Origin: Hyphochytrium catenoides
Lineage: Eukaryota; Protista; Hyphochytriomycota
Length of the DNA: 64,000 bases
Reading direction: 5' to 3'
Assembly (NCBI GenBank): GCA_900088475.1
Contig: FLMG01001949.1
Coordinates: 1-64,000 of the forward strand
Shown: one piece after another, positions 51,438-62,511 of the stretch
Position numbering within the stretch: the stretch's first letter is position 1
Layout of the letters: every line of letters starts with the position of its first letter
Made by a program: the position numbers and the translations under genes
Notes under the pieces: model-generated
Told to the model about the DNA's origin: nothing
Databases searched by the model: none
The model's input: only the letters and a program-made list of their open reading frames with translations

Positions 51438-54400
51438 ATGAAGGCGCCGCCAGAGAAGCCGAAAGGGCAGCCTTCTATACAAAACTTTCTCCTCGATCTG
51501 TCTAAGGGTAGTCCGGTGAAGCCCGCCGCTCGCAATCTTCAGCGTAGCGGGAGCCAGCTGTCAGGAATGACCAGTCAGGAGTCGCCGATAGAAGCCTTGT
51601 CGTCTTCTGACGATACAAGCGATCTCCTCGATGGTCCGAATACCGGGCACAGTACTTCAAAGCCTGCCAAGAGTAAGGCGAAAGCCATCCTGGGCAAAAG
51701 ACTAGCAAAGGATTCCAAGGCCCCTGCGGCAGCTAAGGCAAAAGGACAATCCAGAGGACTGCGGAAGGCCAAAGCTACCGCTGGGAAACCCAGAGCCACT
51801 GCGGCGAGAAAGAGTGTCAAGGAGGAGGAACTTGAAGACCACGATGAGGTCTTCTCTATTGGTGACTCGTCAACGCCTGACAACAGCCCAATGTCTGACT
51901 CTGATTATAGCTATAAGGGAGAGAGCCTAAGACACAAGGCAAAAAAGCCCAAGAAGGATTCCGCAAGCGGCATTGCTGCGTCTAAAGGCAGAAAGCCACT
52001 GGCTGCGAAGCATAAGCCTGCANNNNNNNNNNNNNNNNNNNNNNNNNNNNNNNNNNNNNNNNNNNNNNNNNNNNNNNNNNGATGAAAACAAGGCCCCAGC
52101 TCCAAAGAAGCGTAGAGTGACACAAAGTCCCACCAAACCGCTTACTGTGGAGCAGATATACCAAAAGAAGACACAGCTAGAGCACATTCTTCTGCGTCCC
52201 GACACCTACGTGGGGTCGATCACAGAGCTCACTCAGCAGATGTGGATCTATGACGATGAGCTAGGCAACTTCGCCTTCAGGGAAATCACCTTCGTCCCTG
52301 GCTTGTACAAGATCTTTGACGAGATCTTAGTAAACGCCGCGGACAACAAGCAACGGGACCCCGAAGGCATGACAGTGCTCAAGGTTGAACTGGACCAGGA
52401 AAAGGGAAGCATAAAGGTCTGGAATAATGGCAAGGGTATCCCAGTTGTGGTGCACAAGGAGCACAACGTGTACATTCCGGAGCTAATCTTCGGTCACCTA
52501 CTGACTGGAAGTAACTTCAACGACCACATGAAGAAGACAACGGGAGGAAGGAACGGCTACGGCGCCAAACTTGCTAATATCTTTTCTACGGAGTTTACAG
52601 TGGAGACGTACGACTCCAAAGAAGGGCTAAAATACAAGCAAACTTTCACCAACAACATGAGCAAAAGAAAGGATCCGAAGATCAGTTCGCCCAAGTCGAA
52701 GAGCTCTGACTACACTTGCATTATTTTCAAGCCGGACTTCAAGCGATTCGGCATGAGCGGGTTTGATAAGGACACTCTCTCGCTGATGAAGAAGCGCGTT
52801 TATGACATGGCCGGAGTCACCGACAAGAGCTTGCGTGTCTACTTAAATGGCGAGAAGATTAAAGTACAGAGCTTTCCTCAGTACGTGGAAATGTACAAAG
52901 CCGCAGCTGGCCAGTCTGATGCTCCGAAAATCTTTGAGAAGGTCAATGACCGCTGGGAAGTGGCAGTGACGGTTAGCGATGGCTCCTTCCAGCAAATCAG
53001 CTTTGTGAACGCCATCGCAACCACGAAGGGCGGCCAGCATGTGAACTATGTGACAGAGCAGATGGTGAGCAGAATCCTGGCAAGCGTCAATAAGAAGAAT
53101 AAGGACATCGCCCTTAAGCCGGCGCAAGTGCGGAACCAACTCTTTGTGTTCGTGAACTGTCTCATTGAGAATCCCGCGTTTGACTCGCAAACCAAAGAGA
53201 CTCTTACGACTACCATGTCCTCCTTTGGTTCAAAGTGCGTACTTAGCGAGAAGTTTCTCAAGAAGCTGGAAAAGAGTCCCATCGTAGATCAGGTGCAGTC
53301 TTGGGTGAAGTACAAGCAAAACCAGCAGCTGCAACGGAAAAGTGGCTCCAAATGCTCTAGACTCACGGGCATTGCGAAGCTCGATGATGCCAACTTTGCA
53401 GGCACTGCTAAGGGACAAGATTGCACGCTTATCCTGACAGAAGGAGACTCTGCCAAGGCACTGGCGCTGAGCGGCTTAGGGGTCATTGGACGTGATTATT
53501 ATGGTATATATCCTCTAAAGGGAAAGCTTCTCAACGTCCGCGAGGCCAGTCATGCGCAGATTATGAAGAATGAGGAGATTCAGCAGGTTGTCCGCATTTT
53601 GGGTCTGAAGTTTGGCAAGGAGTATCCAGACACCAAGTCGTTGCGCTATGGACACCTGATGATTATGGCAGATCAGGACCATGACGGAAGCCATATTAAG
53701 GGCTTAGTCATCAACTTTATCCACTTCTTCTGGCCCTCGCTTATCAAGATTCCAGGGTTTCTAAGGGAGTTTATCACTCCAATAGTGAAGGTCAGCAAGG
53801 GAAACCAGCACATCGCCTTCTATACCACGCCGGAGTATGATAAGTGGAAGAGTGACCCTGAAAAGTCTAAGGGTTGGTCCATAAAGTACTATAAAGGACT
53901 TGGGACTAGTACAGCCAAAGAAGCCAAGGAATATTTCTCGGACCTTAAAAGGCACCGGATCACCTTCAAGTATAGAGGAGAGGAAGACACCAACGCTATA
54001 GACATGGCATTCTCCAAGAAGAGGGTAGCTGAACGGAAGGAATGGCTGAACCACCACGAAGTAGGAACTCATGTCGACTACACCATAGACAGCATGCACT
54101 ATGGGGAGTTCATCAACAAGGAGCTGATCCTATTCTCCGTAGCAGACAACATCCGCTCAATCTCCCTTCTGATGGACGGTTTGAAACCTTCCCAGCGGAA
54201 GGTGCTCTTCTGCTGCTTCAAGAGAAACCTGGTGAATGAAGTGAAAGTGGCACAGCTTGCTGGTTACGTCTCTGAGCACTCTGCCTACCACCATGGCGAG
54301 GCCAGTCTAATGAGCACCATCATCGGCATGGCGCAAGGCTTTGTAGGCAGCAACAACCTTCACTTGCTGGTACCTAGTGGGCAATTTGGAACTCGATTAA

Positions 54401-55718
54401 TGGGCGGCAAGGACGCCGCAAGCGCTCGTTATATTTTCACAAGGCTGGATCCAGTGACCCGTCTGATTTTCAGGCAGGAGGATGATGCTATCTTGCACTA
54501 CCTGGACGAAGATGGCCAATCTATTGAGCCTTCCTTTTACGTACCCATTCTGCCTATGGTCTTGGTCAACGGTAGTGAGGGCATTGGCACGGGCTGGTCT
54601 TCTCAGATCCCAAACTATAATCCTCGGGACATAATCCAGAATTTGAGGCTTCTTCTAAAGGACGAGCGACCTGTACCGATGGACCCTTGGTATCGAGGAT
54701 TCGATGGTGTGATCCAGCCTAAGGATGGAGGAATGGCTTTTACGGCGAACGGCCTCTACTCTGAGGTGGATGATTGCACCATAAAGATAAGAGAGCTGCC
54801 CTTAAAGACCTGGACTTCTAACTACAAGCTGTTCTTGGAAGGCGTCCTTACCTCATCGGAAAAGACAAGCAAACTTCAGATCACCAACTTTGACGAGAAT
54901 CACACTGATACGACGGTTAGCTTCACAGTGAAGATGACTCCAGATGGCTTTAGAGCAGCCCAGACTGCACCCGGTGGCTTCTTGAGCGTCTTCAAGCTTG
55001 AGGGATCAATTTCTACTTCGAACATGAACCTTTTCAACGCTGATGGGCAAATCCAGAAGTATCAGTCCCCGATTGAGATACTGGAGGCCTTTTTCCCAGT
55101 ACGGTTACAGTTCTATCAGAAGCGCAAAGACCACATGGTGCGGAAACTGGAGCAAGAGCTTGTTATTATAAAGAATAAGGTGCGGTTTATAGAGGCTGTG
55201 GTGGGCGGAGTGCTTCAGGTCAACAACAGGAAGAAGCAGGATATTGTCAACGATCTGAGTACGATGAGGTTCCACCGTGTGGATAAAAATGGCGCGTCGG
55301 TAACAGAGGACGAGGAAGAAGTAGAGCTTGGCGTCGCCACGGAAAGCGTACGGTGAGTTAAGCACATCTCGTGTACCTTTTAGCTAAGTGACACTGCTGA
55401 CATCCTTCCTTCTTTCGTGCACCTTGCTCTTCTCCCTTTAGGGGTTATGACTACCTCCTTTCCATGCAGATTTGGAGCTTAACGACCGAGAAGATCCAAA
55501 AGCTACGAGGAGATTTGGAAGCGAAAGAACAGGAGCTTAACATTCTGCAGAGTAAAACTACCCGTGATTTGTGGCTTGAAGACCTTGATGCGCTGGAAGC
55601 TGGATTGGATGATTATGATGAGCGCGTGAAAGCGGAGCAAGGAGACTTCTCCTCTCAAAGCACTAATAAGGCCAGCCGAAAGAGGAAAGCACCTTCCGCG
55701 GCCCTTAAGAGGAAGTAA
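51438..55718 (+). CDS. TOP2: DNA topoisomerase II (type IIA, eukaryotic)
   Basis: IYQKKTQLEHILLRPDTYVGS, EILVNAADN, GRNGYGAKL, LTEGDSA, PLKGKLLN, DQDHDGSHIKGL, YYKGLGTS, DGLKPSQRK and active-site ASARY (Tyr 54430-54432). Intron 55353-55441 leads to GYDYLLSMQIWSLT; stop TAA at 55716-55718. N-gap 52023-52080 lies in the N-terminal extension. Confidence 0.97.
52023..52080. other. Assembly gap in the TOP2 N-terminal extension (apparent frameshift is probably an artefact)
   Basis: Run of N between two Lys-rich open frames. Confidence 0.85.
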
Positions 55719-55742
55719 CCACCGGGATGTAGTGTAACATGG

Positions 55743-56822
55743 TCATTGCTCTTCCAATCCTGCACTTGTTACTTGGTTGCTAACAACTGCTACAGTTTTC
55801 CCGCCAAAGTGTTGGCCCCCACTCAGTAGAATAATGGTTATCTTATGCAAGGCCAAGGTGCGGGCCCTTGAGACCGCACTTTTACTAGCAATCTGCATGA
55901 ATACGTTTTGTAAGCTGATGTAATGATGGAGGCTGGTATACTTATACCTTGATAGCTTCTCCTTGCTTGTCGTTCTCGGCAGTTCCCAGTGCCTTTACCT
56001 CCAGCGACTCCACGCTGGTCTTTCGTACCGTCAGTCGTAAGCAACAAGAGACCTTACACTCGTACCCCTGCGACAAGAAAAACTTGAAATGAGCGGACTC
56101 TGAGTGAAAATTAGGCTTGTCAATAATGATACCTTGCTCAGGGTTTTGACTACTGAAACGGTAGATATCTCGATAATTCTCGAACTCCAGCCACTGAACC
56201 CCAAATAATAGTTAGCTAATTCTACACTCTGCGCGGAATAAAAAGGTAGACATGTCAGGCTGGTTGGAAAGCAATGGTAGGGCTGGAGCAAGTGAGACAA
56301 TGAAGCTAGGACAAAAAACAAAACAAAAACCAGCACTTGCTGTTTCACCAAGCGGTATAAAAGAGCGCAAAGCAAGGAACTTCTATTCGCTTGCTACCCC
56401 TTACCTGTACGGACGATAGCGGAAGCCTCATGGGACCCTTTCGAGCCTTCTTTTTCTGAACTCTCAGAGGCCACCCGCAAAGAAGGATACCGTCGAGGCG
56501 GTCAATAGCTGTTATGGCAGATGCAATGGAGAAATAATGGACCACGCAGTCTCGCAAACCATTGCTTTGGGCATTGCGATGGTCATCTTGGGAGTCAAAA
56601 ATGACCAGATCGTATATGAGTCCGCACTTGAGAAAGAGATCTAGATTATATGTGCACAAAATGCCCATTAGCTGCGGTGAACGCGCAAAAAGGCTGGTGA
56701 GTCGTACCCTCGATATCGCCTGGCGTAGCTGCTGGATGGAGGTTGGTAACATAAACTCTGGCCTGCTCCGATGGAGTCTCGAAGGTGATAACCTCATCTG
56801 GTAGGGTCGGATGGCCACCCAT
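55743..56822 (-). CDS. RDM1: RDM1-like protein (RRM plus RAD52-motif domain), 5 exons
   Basis: Spliced product: EVITFETPSEQARVYVTNL, RRM (DLFLKCGLIY...CVVHYFS...AIDRLDG), LPLSSVQSVELANYYLGFSGWSSRII, and C-terminal KSAVSRARTLALHKITIILLSGG. These match my recollection of vertebrate RDM1 (ELANYYFGFNGWSKRII; KLLIVVLESGK). Stop TGA at 55743-55745. Confidence 0.8.
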
Positions 56823-57575
56823 GGGAAGCAGGTAGTAGTCTTGGTTTGCTAGCACAGCCAATGGTGACCGCAGGCATATTCAAAACTCTTGATGTCGCTC
56901 ATAACGCTGGAAACACGGGCGCCCTGTCTCTCGCCTTGTCTCGGCTAGTAGTAAGTTTCGATAATGCTGACCCTTTCAATATCAATAGCAGGGCATTTGA
57001 GCTTGCCTGCTCTGGAGTCTGAGAAAATTGGGAGCTGAAAAGCCCTTTCCGGACACAGAGAAAGCACAGGAAATCGAGATTGTTGATTGTCTTCCCCGCA
57101 ATAACAAATAGAAAGCCCTGCCAATTTGTATATTTGTGGGGTGATGAGGCCAACGGACACGGGAATCAATCCGTCAATGAGCCATTAATCTTAGATTCAG
57201 ATAATCATAATACATCCATGGCCATGATTCTCGTGGAAGTCATCATTAGTTCACAGCTATGGTCTTTGATTATCTGCATCTGCATCACTACAGTTTCCGC
57301 AGTTCCTACAGTTTGCAGCAGGCAGCAGGCTATATAAGGCCATGTACTTGTACCGAAGCTCCAGAAATCTGGTTCAGCACCTCTCGAGCTTCAAAAAGAG
57401 CTGGGCATCGTCCAGAGGAAGTAATAACCCGCCCGTTGGAGACGTTCATTTCTCAAGATTTGCTGCTCAAGGCGTTGCGGCTAAGCAGCAGCCAGCGGAG
57501 CCAACGTGCCCTTCCTCTACTACACGTCTTCGGATATCTCGAACAGAGCTCTCTGGTGCTGTTGAACTTCAAAAG

Positions 57576-59038
57576 ATGACCGAAGAAGCAGCGTCGTCAA
57601 GCGATGCTGATGGCTATTCAACCCTCATCTTTTACCTCGTTGTCGTTGGTCCAGCTTTGAACTGGATTCTGCGTCCAGGAAGGTGAGGACATATTTACTT
57701 AGTTCCTTATCCCTGTAGCAACGCGCCTTCAGGACTGATCGTCTGCCTTAGGTTTCCAAAGCACAGGGCCATTTTATACGCCGTTGCTTTCTTGGTGGCG
57801 CTGGCTGCAATCAAAACGGTGTGCAGCTATGCTCTCCTAGCGAAAGAGCCCAGGAATTGATACTGACGTTGCTTGCAGGCTGGGGACTTCATGTCCAAGC
57901 CTCCAAACTTCTATCGCATACTTCAAGTAGACCGGGATGCTTCTTTGCAGGATATTAAGCGCATGTACAAGAGGCGGTCAGTCGAACTCCATCCAGATCG
58001 TAACCCTTCTCCCTCTGCCGCTGAGGAGTTCAACACTCTGCGCCAAGCATATGATGTGAGTACAACTGATTCAACGGGAGTGTTCATGCGTGTTGACATA
58101 CTCTCTTTGTAGGCGCTAAGTGACGCTGACTTAAGGGTAAAGTACGAGGTCTTTGGCAACCGGGCCCTAGATTCCCACTTTGATCTGGAGGCCCACGCAA
58201 TCACCTCTGCGCTAGGAGTTGTGACCTACTACATCACCTGGCTATTGTTTAGCTACGTCTTGTGCATCGGCTCACCTCCAACAGCGCTCATTTGGACCTA
58301 TACTGGTTTAGGTGATGTCATCCAACATGTAAACAGCAACAGCTTTTAGCTCATTGCTCTCTCTCTAGGCTGCTTGTTACTTTTTGAGGTAAATGTCTTA
58401 TTCAACGGCTACAGAGTGCCTGTCTGGCTTCTTCCTCGGGTGACTAGCTACGAAGTCGTTGCTGTCTTCAAGGATGTGTTTCCTGCGTTCATGAATGGCT
58501 GCAAGGTCATCAGCTCGTATACGCATCTAGATCGCACAGAAGAGTTGAAGAACATAACCATAGGAGTGCTGAACACCAATAGAGTAAGTCTACGGTCGCT
58601 TGGAGTGGATCTGGAAGGGGCAGCATAGAGGAGTTGACAGGATGGGTAGATTCCAGCACGGCACTGACTCCTTGCTTTCTGTAGCAACTCTACCTCATGA
58701 TGAGGGATATTCAAGCCGCCCTGCAGTCAGAATCCAGACGAGGCAGCAAAGGCCAGTCTGCTACATCTCCTGCTCCTGCCGGCGAGGTTCAAACAGAGGT
58801 GCAGACAAGCGCCTCTGTGTCCAAACGATCAAAGACACAACGCCACCCTCAAGGAAAAAAAGAGCAAGGCCCTTCGGCTCCAGTAGCAGGAGCAGGCTCT
58901 GGCTCGAATCCCCCAATTATAGACGAAGGCATTGCTAGCGGTGCCGTTCCAAACATAGAGCAACCTCCTTCTTTCAAAGTCCCAAGGTTTGTGATGGCTT
59001 TTGCCGTCTTCTTCTTCTTCCGTTGGCTCTTTGGCTGA
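57576..59038 (+). CDS. Multi-pass membrane J-domain (DnaJ) protein
   Basis: Two N-terminal hydrophobic helices, J-domain NFYRILQV...IKRMYKRRSVELHPDRNP with intact HPD, further hydrophobic helices and a C-terminal hydrophobic tail (FVMAFAVFFFFRWLFG). Confidence 0.85.
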
Positions 59039-59436
59039 ATATAATAGAGCCGTGGGGCCTATCATAATAATACAAATGGGCCTCTCCTATTCCGCCTCTG
59101 GCCTAAGACTAGCCTCTCCTCTGCCATCTCGGTCTTACCATCACGGTAATCTTTAGCCCTTCATCGCTTCTGTGCTAAGGTATCCCGCTTCTAAATTCTT
59201 CTGCCCTTTCTATCTATCGAAGGCTAGATTAGGGGCAGAAAAGTCAAAAGGCTGAGAAGACTAGCGTTCTATCTACTGACTATGAATCTTTTGACCAATT
59301 TTATTGACTGCCTCTTATTAGCAGCAGCCAGCACAGATAATCAGGAGGAGCCATCTTGGACCCTTCTCTACAGGTGCCCGCCTGGAATCTCTTTTGTCTC
59401 ATCCTATATCCTCTTCTTCACATTTTAGTTGAAGTC

Positions 59437-62400
59437 TTAGGCAGTCTGGGTTGTGCTCTTGGCTGCCTTTAGACACTTCGCCCTAGGAAGTGGAAGCGGT
59501 AGTCGATCAGGACCATCTGCAGGAAGTACTTGATACTTAGACCGGAAGCAGTAGAGCACAAGGTCTTCCTTGGATCGATAGCTTTTGAGAATTTCATCTG
59601 CATGACGAAGGAGTGCTCTGTTATGCTTGGCGAACAAAGTGCACAGTTCAGCTTTGTAAGGCGGAGCTCTCATGTGCTTTTCTTGGTGCTGTAGCTTGAC
59701 CTGCTCCACCATAGTGAATGGGTTCGCCGGAAGGTCTTCTCCGGGTGGTGGGTCCTCAGTGGCCTTCAACTTCAGATGTTTTGGGGTCGCGGAGTTAGCG
59801 CCTTTAACGAAGGACGTAGACTTCTTACTCGCGGGGGAAGATGAGTCGTGTGCGCCAGTGGTTCTCGAGGGCCGGACAGAGGTATCAGCTGTCGGTGCAG
59901 GGGTTTCTGACGTGACATTGCATAGATCAATGAAATTTTGAAGCTTCTTTCCCCGTCTTCCTCCTCCAAACTTTTCAGACTCGATGTCACGGGGTATCGC
60001 ATCACGGGGTATCGCATCTTGTGCAGTGATAGAAGCTGTGCGTTCCTTAGCTCCGCCATGGGTGAGGACGAGAGGGGACCGCAGCTGCGGACGCTGGGGA
60101 CTGCCCTGTCCAGTCTTCCCTTTTTCTACAGTCCCTTGCTTGGGAAGGGCCTGCATAGTGATGGGCTTAGGCAAAAAGAAGGATCGCTCATTGGGTTTAC
60201 CAACACTACTTCTATCCATGGAAATGCTAACCCTCTTCTCTTTCGTGGAACCTTTTGTCCACGGGACGAGGTATGAAGTGCGGCATGTGAGAGTGTCTGT
60301 TGTTTCTGGTCGAGAGGGATCAGCAAGTCCTCGTCTCTGTGCAGACGACTCCTTGAGTGGAGGTGCCTCCCTTATCGTCGATAGTATATTGCTGCGACCT
60401 GCTAACAGCGAAGTGGTTGCTGCTTCATCACGGACACACGGCTGTGTAGCTACAAGTAGCTTCTGATTCTTATCCAGTGTTAGGTCTTGAGTTTCGCAGA
60501 GGGTGGATGGTGGCTGCAAGAGAGAGAAAGGTAAGTTTTGCTTTCCAAAGATGGGAGTGCTTCGGCCGCTTGTGTTTGGCGTGGCAAGCTTCTGACTTTG
60601 TCGTACCTTTGGGCCTTCTAGGTTAGCTCTCGTTGCGCGCCGCTTATGGCCTTCAGCTTTTTGGAGATTGGTGGAGAGATGACAGGTCTGGAAAATCTTA
60701 GGCAGCGGCTTCTTTTCCGGGATGGGAACAATGGGTGTGGAAAGCGATAGGAGCAGCTCACCCAGAGTTATCTGTTCGTCATCGTCACCAGTCTTGCCAG
60801 GGCTAGAACGGCTCATGAAGTTGGAACAAGCGGACGGCGGATTCTCAGGCTTAGCTAGGACTGACGAATTCTTCATTGTATAGGTTCGAACTCTCTTGTG
60901 CTGAGCGCCAGCGAAAGACGATTTCCGTTCTTCTATCAGCCCCACAATTTCGTTCTGATCTTGCTGCTTGGCTCCGAATGCGCTCTCTTCCCGGCTCTGA
61001 GAGTGGGTAAGTACATCCTCCCTACTGAGGCCCCGAAGGCTCATCAGGCCACCTTGGACTCTTGTTGTGCTAGTACTTCTCTCTTTCCATCTCAAGTTAG
61101 TGTCTCTGTTTCCTTTGTCCTGATATCTGCCATCCGGGAGAGCCAGAGTCACCGGATACCTCAAGCGGTCTGAGATTGGCGTGCCTGCCAGGGGATCAAG
61201 TTCAGCCAAAGGCATCCCCTCACTTCTCTTATCATCTTTGTTCTGATCTTGAAACGACAAAGCCTGGCAGTTGCTAGAGTAAGCATTGAAGGAGAGAGAC
61301 CTATAGGGCAGTGTTCGTCGTTCCCTTATAGCCTTGCCGTGGACTTTGCCATCGGACTCCGTCTGGTGCTTTCCGAGTTCTTCGTTGCTCATTACCTTAC
61401 TGCTCTTACTGCTCTTCTTTTCGTTGCTCATTACCTTACTGTTCTTCTCCCTTCCCCCGGGAGAGGGATGCTTCATCCCCAGACTAACCCTTACTGCTCT
61501 CTTCTGCTGTTCCTCCTGCTGCTGAGGATAACTCTCCGCTGCGAGTGCCCAGGTAGTAGCTGGCCGGAGTTCCCCACCTGAACCTTTCTTTGTAGGGTCT
61601 ATCTTGTCTTCTTTCTCATTGGCACCAAGACCCTTATTCCGCCGGTTCCTATCGCCGGTGTCAGTACTCTTCAGTTCTCTTTTCCTCTTATATTGGTCAT
61701 TGATCAAGTTCTCTGCTATAATCTGTTGCCCAACAGACTTCATCTGTGTATTACCAGCGGCAAGGGCGGCCGGCACTTCTGAGACACGGTGTTTGGCATC
61801 TTCGAAGCAAGAGCTTGAGGACCAAACATCCACCAAATTAAAAGCAAGGCCAGGGGCGGCGGGGGATACCGCAGACGTACTAGGTTTGTTGCACAGGTTT
61901 GCTTGCATATCCTTATCTTGCTTATCTGCTACTTCCTCCAAGGGAGGTCGGTATAGATGCGCAGCTAGAGTACAGCCAGTCAATGGTTCGTCCTTCGCCG
62001 CATCCACCCTCTCGTAGGGAGATGGCTCCTGTCGAGAATCAGCAGCTACTGACTCTTCGGAGCCTTGCAATCCCGCGAGTGGGAATTTCACCTCATGTGT
62101 TGGTGGCTCATCCTTACCTTGGAGGCTACCATGGATGGTTCGGCAAATACTGTTTTTGTCATCCAGCTTACTTCGGACAACTACTTCCTCTCCGGCGCGT
62201 CGAGCATCATTCTCGTTCTTCTCCTTTCTGAAGCACCTTCTCTTCTTCTTCGTCCACCGAAAGTCTATTAACTTCTCCTTCCGTTCTTCTTTGACAGCAC
62301 AGTCTTCGGTGGTCAGCTTGTCATCCCTCACCTTCAGTTTGCCGGGCCCGGGAGCCATCATCTTAGCATCTTCCACATTGTAGCCTGGGGAAGGGAGGCA

Positions 62401-62511
62401 GTAGCTTAGTGCAGTGCTTGCCAAATATTGAAGGATTCTCTCCTCAATTGCCTCATCGTCAATAATGATAGTACTCCACCCTGCAGCTGCGGGACGCTCC
62501 TCGTACGACAT
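59437..62511 (-). CDS. Hypothetical 1024-aa basic, low-complexity protein with a short C-terminal helical domain
   Basis: 3-kb uninterrupted ORF rich in K/S/P/E. The ATG directly follows a TAG acceptor-like site, so upstream exons (e.g. ORF 62668-62979) are possible. Confidence 0.7.
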   Translation of the reverse strand: MSYEERPAAAGWSTIIIDDEAIEERILQYLASTALSYCLPSPGYNVEDAKMMAPGPGKLKVRDDKLTTEDCAVKEERKEKLIDFRWTKKKRRCFRKEKNENDARRAGEEVVVRSKLDDKNSICRTIHGSLQGKDEPPTHEVKFPLAGLQGSEESVAADSRQEPSPYERVDAAKDEPLTGCTLAAHLYRPPLEEVADKQDKDMQANLCNKPSTSAVSPAAPGLAFNLVDVWSSSSCFEDAKHRVSEVPAALAAGNTQMKSVGQQIIAENLINDQYKRKRELKSTDTGDRNRRNKGLGANEKEDKIDPTKKGSGGELRPATTWALAAESYPQQQEEQQKRAVRVSLGMKHPSPGGREKNSKVMSNEKKSSKSSKVMSNEELGKHQTESDGKVHGKAIRERRTLPYRSLSFNAYSSNCQALSFQDQNKDDKRSEGMPLAELDPLAGTPISDRLRYPVTLALPDGRYQDKGNRDTNLRWKERSTSTTRVQGGLMSLRGLSREDVLTHSQSREESAFGAKQQDQNEIVGLIEERKSSFAGAQHKRVRTYTMKNSSVLAKPENPPSACSNFMSRSSPGKTGDDDEQITLGELLLSLSTPIVPIPEKKPLPKIFQTCHLSTNLQKAEGHKRRATRANLEGPKVRQSQKLATPNTSGRSTPIFGKQNLPFSLLQPPSTLCETQDLTLDKNQKLLVATQPCVRDEAATTSLLAGRSNILSTIREAPPLKESSAQRRGLADPSRPETTDTLTCRTSYLVPWTKGSTKEKRVSISMDRSSVGKPNERSFFLPKPITMQALPKQGTVEKGKTGQGSPQRPQLRSPLVLTHGGAKERTASITAQDAIPRDAIPRDIESEKFGGGRRGKKLQNFIDLCNVTSETPAPTADTSVRPSRTTGAHDSSSPASKKSTSFVKGANSATPKHLKLKATEDPPPGEDLPANPFTMVEQVKLQHQEKHMRAPPYKAELCTLFAKHNRALLRHADEILKSYRSKEDLVLYCFRSKYQVLPADGPDRLPLPLPRAKCLKAAKSTTQTA
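59987..60016. repeat. Exact 15-bp in-frame tandem duplication (AIPRD x2)
   Basis: tcacggggtatcgca occurs twice in tandem. Confidence 0.9.
61381..61441. repeat. 22-bp direct repeat with a 39-bp period (SKVMSNE x2)
   Basis: ttcgttgctcattaccttactg at 61381-61402 and 61420-61441. Confidence 0.9.

Noticed and set aside
55796-55807. Perfect E2F-like TTTTCCCGCCAA
   Set aside because: Lies inside the last RDM1 coding exon (codons F-G-G-K), far from any 5' end.
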